A stretch of DNA of 64,000 bases from Alphaproteobacteria bacterium UBA2784 (GTDB taxonomy: Bacteria; Pseudomonadota; Alphaproteobacteria; Micropepsales; Micropepsaceae). The notes beneath the pieces were generated by a model, which made no database searches, was not told the DNA's origin, and was given only the letters and a program-made list of their open reading frames with translations. Positions within the stretch are counted from its first letter, which is position 1; each line of letters begins with the position of its first letter. The stretch spans positions 480 to 64,479 of the forward strand of contig DEIC01000011.1 in the NCBI GenBank assembly GCA_002352285.1, written 5' to 3'. Below are positions 63,172 to 64,000 of this stretch, one piece after another. The position numbers and the translations under genes are program-made.

Positions 63172-64000
63172 ATGAACTTCGATTACACGCCAAAGATGAA
63201 GGACTGGATCGCCCGCGTCGGCGATTTCATGGACCGCCACATCTATCCCGCCGAAGCCGTCTATGACGCCCAGATGAAAGAGGCGCGCGCCAAAGGCAAT
63301 CCCTGGATCGTCGTGCCGGTGGTGGAGGAATTGAAGGCCAAAGCGAGAGCCGCAGGCCTCTGGAACCTCTTCCTGCCCGAGAGCAGCCATGGCGCGGGTC
63401 TCACCAATCTCGAATATGCGCCGCTATCCGAAATGATGGGCCGCGTCGGCTTTGCCTCGGAAGTGTTCAACTGCTCTGCGCCCGACACGGGCAACATGGA
63501 AGTCATCGAGCGTTACGGCGCTGACTGGATGAAGGAGAAATACCTGAAGCCGCTGCTGGCGGGTGAAATCCGCTCGGCCTTCATCATGACGGAACCGGAA
63601 GTCGCCTCCTCAGACGCCTCCAACATCCGCACACGCATCGAGCGCAAGGGCGACAAATACGTCATCAATGGCCGCAAATGGTGGTCGTCGGGCGTTGGTG
63701 ATCCGCGCTGCAAGATCATGATCGTCATGGGCCGCACCGATCCTGAAGCAGACAAATACCGCCAGCAGTCGCAGATCCTCGTGCCAATGGATGCCAAGGG
63801 CGTGAAGGTTGTGCGCATGCTGCCGGTCTTCGGCTTTGATGATGCGCCGCATGGCCACGCCGAGATCATTTTCGAGAATGTGGAAGTGCCCGCCGAAAAC
63901 CTCATTCTGGGCGAGGGTCGCGGCTTTGAAATTGCGCAGGGCCGTCTGGGGCCGGGCCGCATCCATCACTGCATGCGCACGATTGGCGTCGCCGAGCGCG
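63172..64000 (+). CDS. acyl-CoA dehydrogenase family protein (3' end beyond the window)
   Basis: Open frame from ATG 63172 to the window end. [28 protein letters not shown]... and [12 protein letters not shown] resemble ACAD10/11-type dehydrogenases. Confidence 0.8.
   Translation, partial: MNFDYTPKMKDWIARVGDFMDRHIYPAEAVYDAQMKEARAKGNPWIVVPVVEELKAKARAAGLWNLFLPESSHGAGLTNLEYAPLSEMMGRVGFASEVFNCSAPDTGNMEVIERYGADWMKEKYLKPLLAGEIRSAFIMTEPEVASSDASNIRTRIERKGDKYVINGRKWWSSGVGDPRCKIMIVMGRTDPEADKYRQQSQILVPMDAKGVKVVRMLPVFGFDDAPHGHAEIIFENVEVPAENLILGEGRGFEIAQGRLGPGRIHHCMRTIGVAER

Overview
High-GC alphaproteobacterial chromosomal segment; hand-counted coding samples give 58-68% GC. I support about 62 protein genes and one tRNA-His. 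I see no rRNA, CRISPR array, transposase, integrase or phage gene. The right third (44-64 kb) is core housekeeping synteny: ribF-ileS-lspA, an M16 peptidase pair, pgi, mutL, rsmD, rluB and tadA. The left two thirds mix metabolism with many small secreted or membrane orphans. The metabolic genes include sppA, dps, an imelysin/di-heme/PiuC iron cluster, a quinohemoprotein alcohol dehydrogenase, kynA-kynU, groESL, and ald plus an omega-transaminase. The strongest non-genic signal is a dispersed, strictly intergenic repeat of about 140-175 bp built from five consecutive hairpins. It occurs nine times in two subfamilies, almost always starting 12-40 nt after a stop codon. It also causes the ORF caller to over-extend several genes. 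The best candidate for an undescribed gene system is a low-GC patch at 23.4-25.9 kb, with a core of about 50% GC. It encodes a DUF900-type alpha/beta hydrolase followed by two orphan proteins, and a perfect 16-bp palindrome lies in its upstream region. Other items worth checking:
- a near-perfect Irr ICE box in front of dps
- a perfect TGTGA-N6-TCACA site in front of a Crp-family regulator
- a CIRCE element before groES
- a 4-Cys secreted paralogue family with three members in the window
- a His/Arg/Trp/Asp-rich secreted protein
- an MBOAT plus SGNH-like pair next to tRNA-His
All functional calls come from motif recognition by eye; no database search was run.
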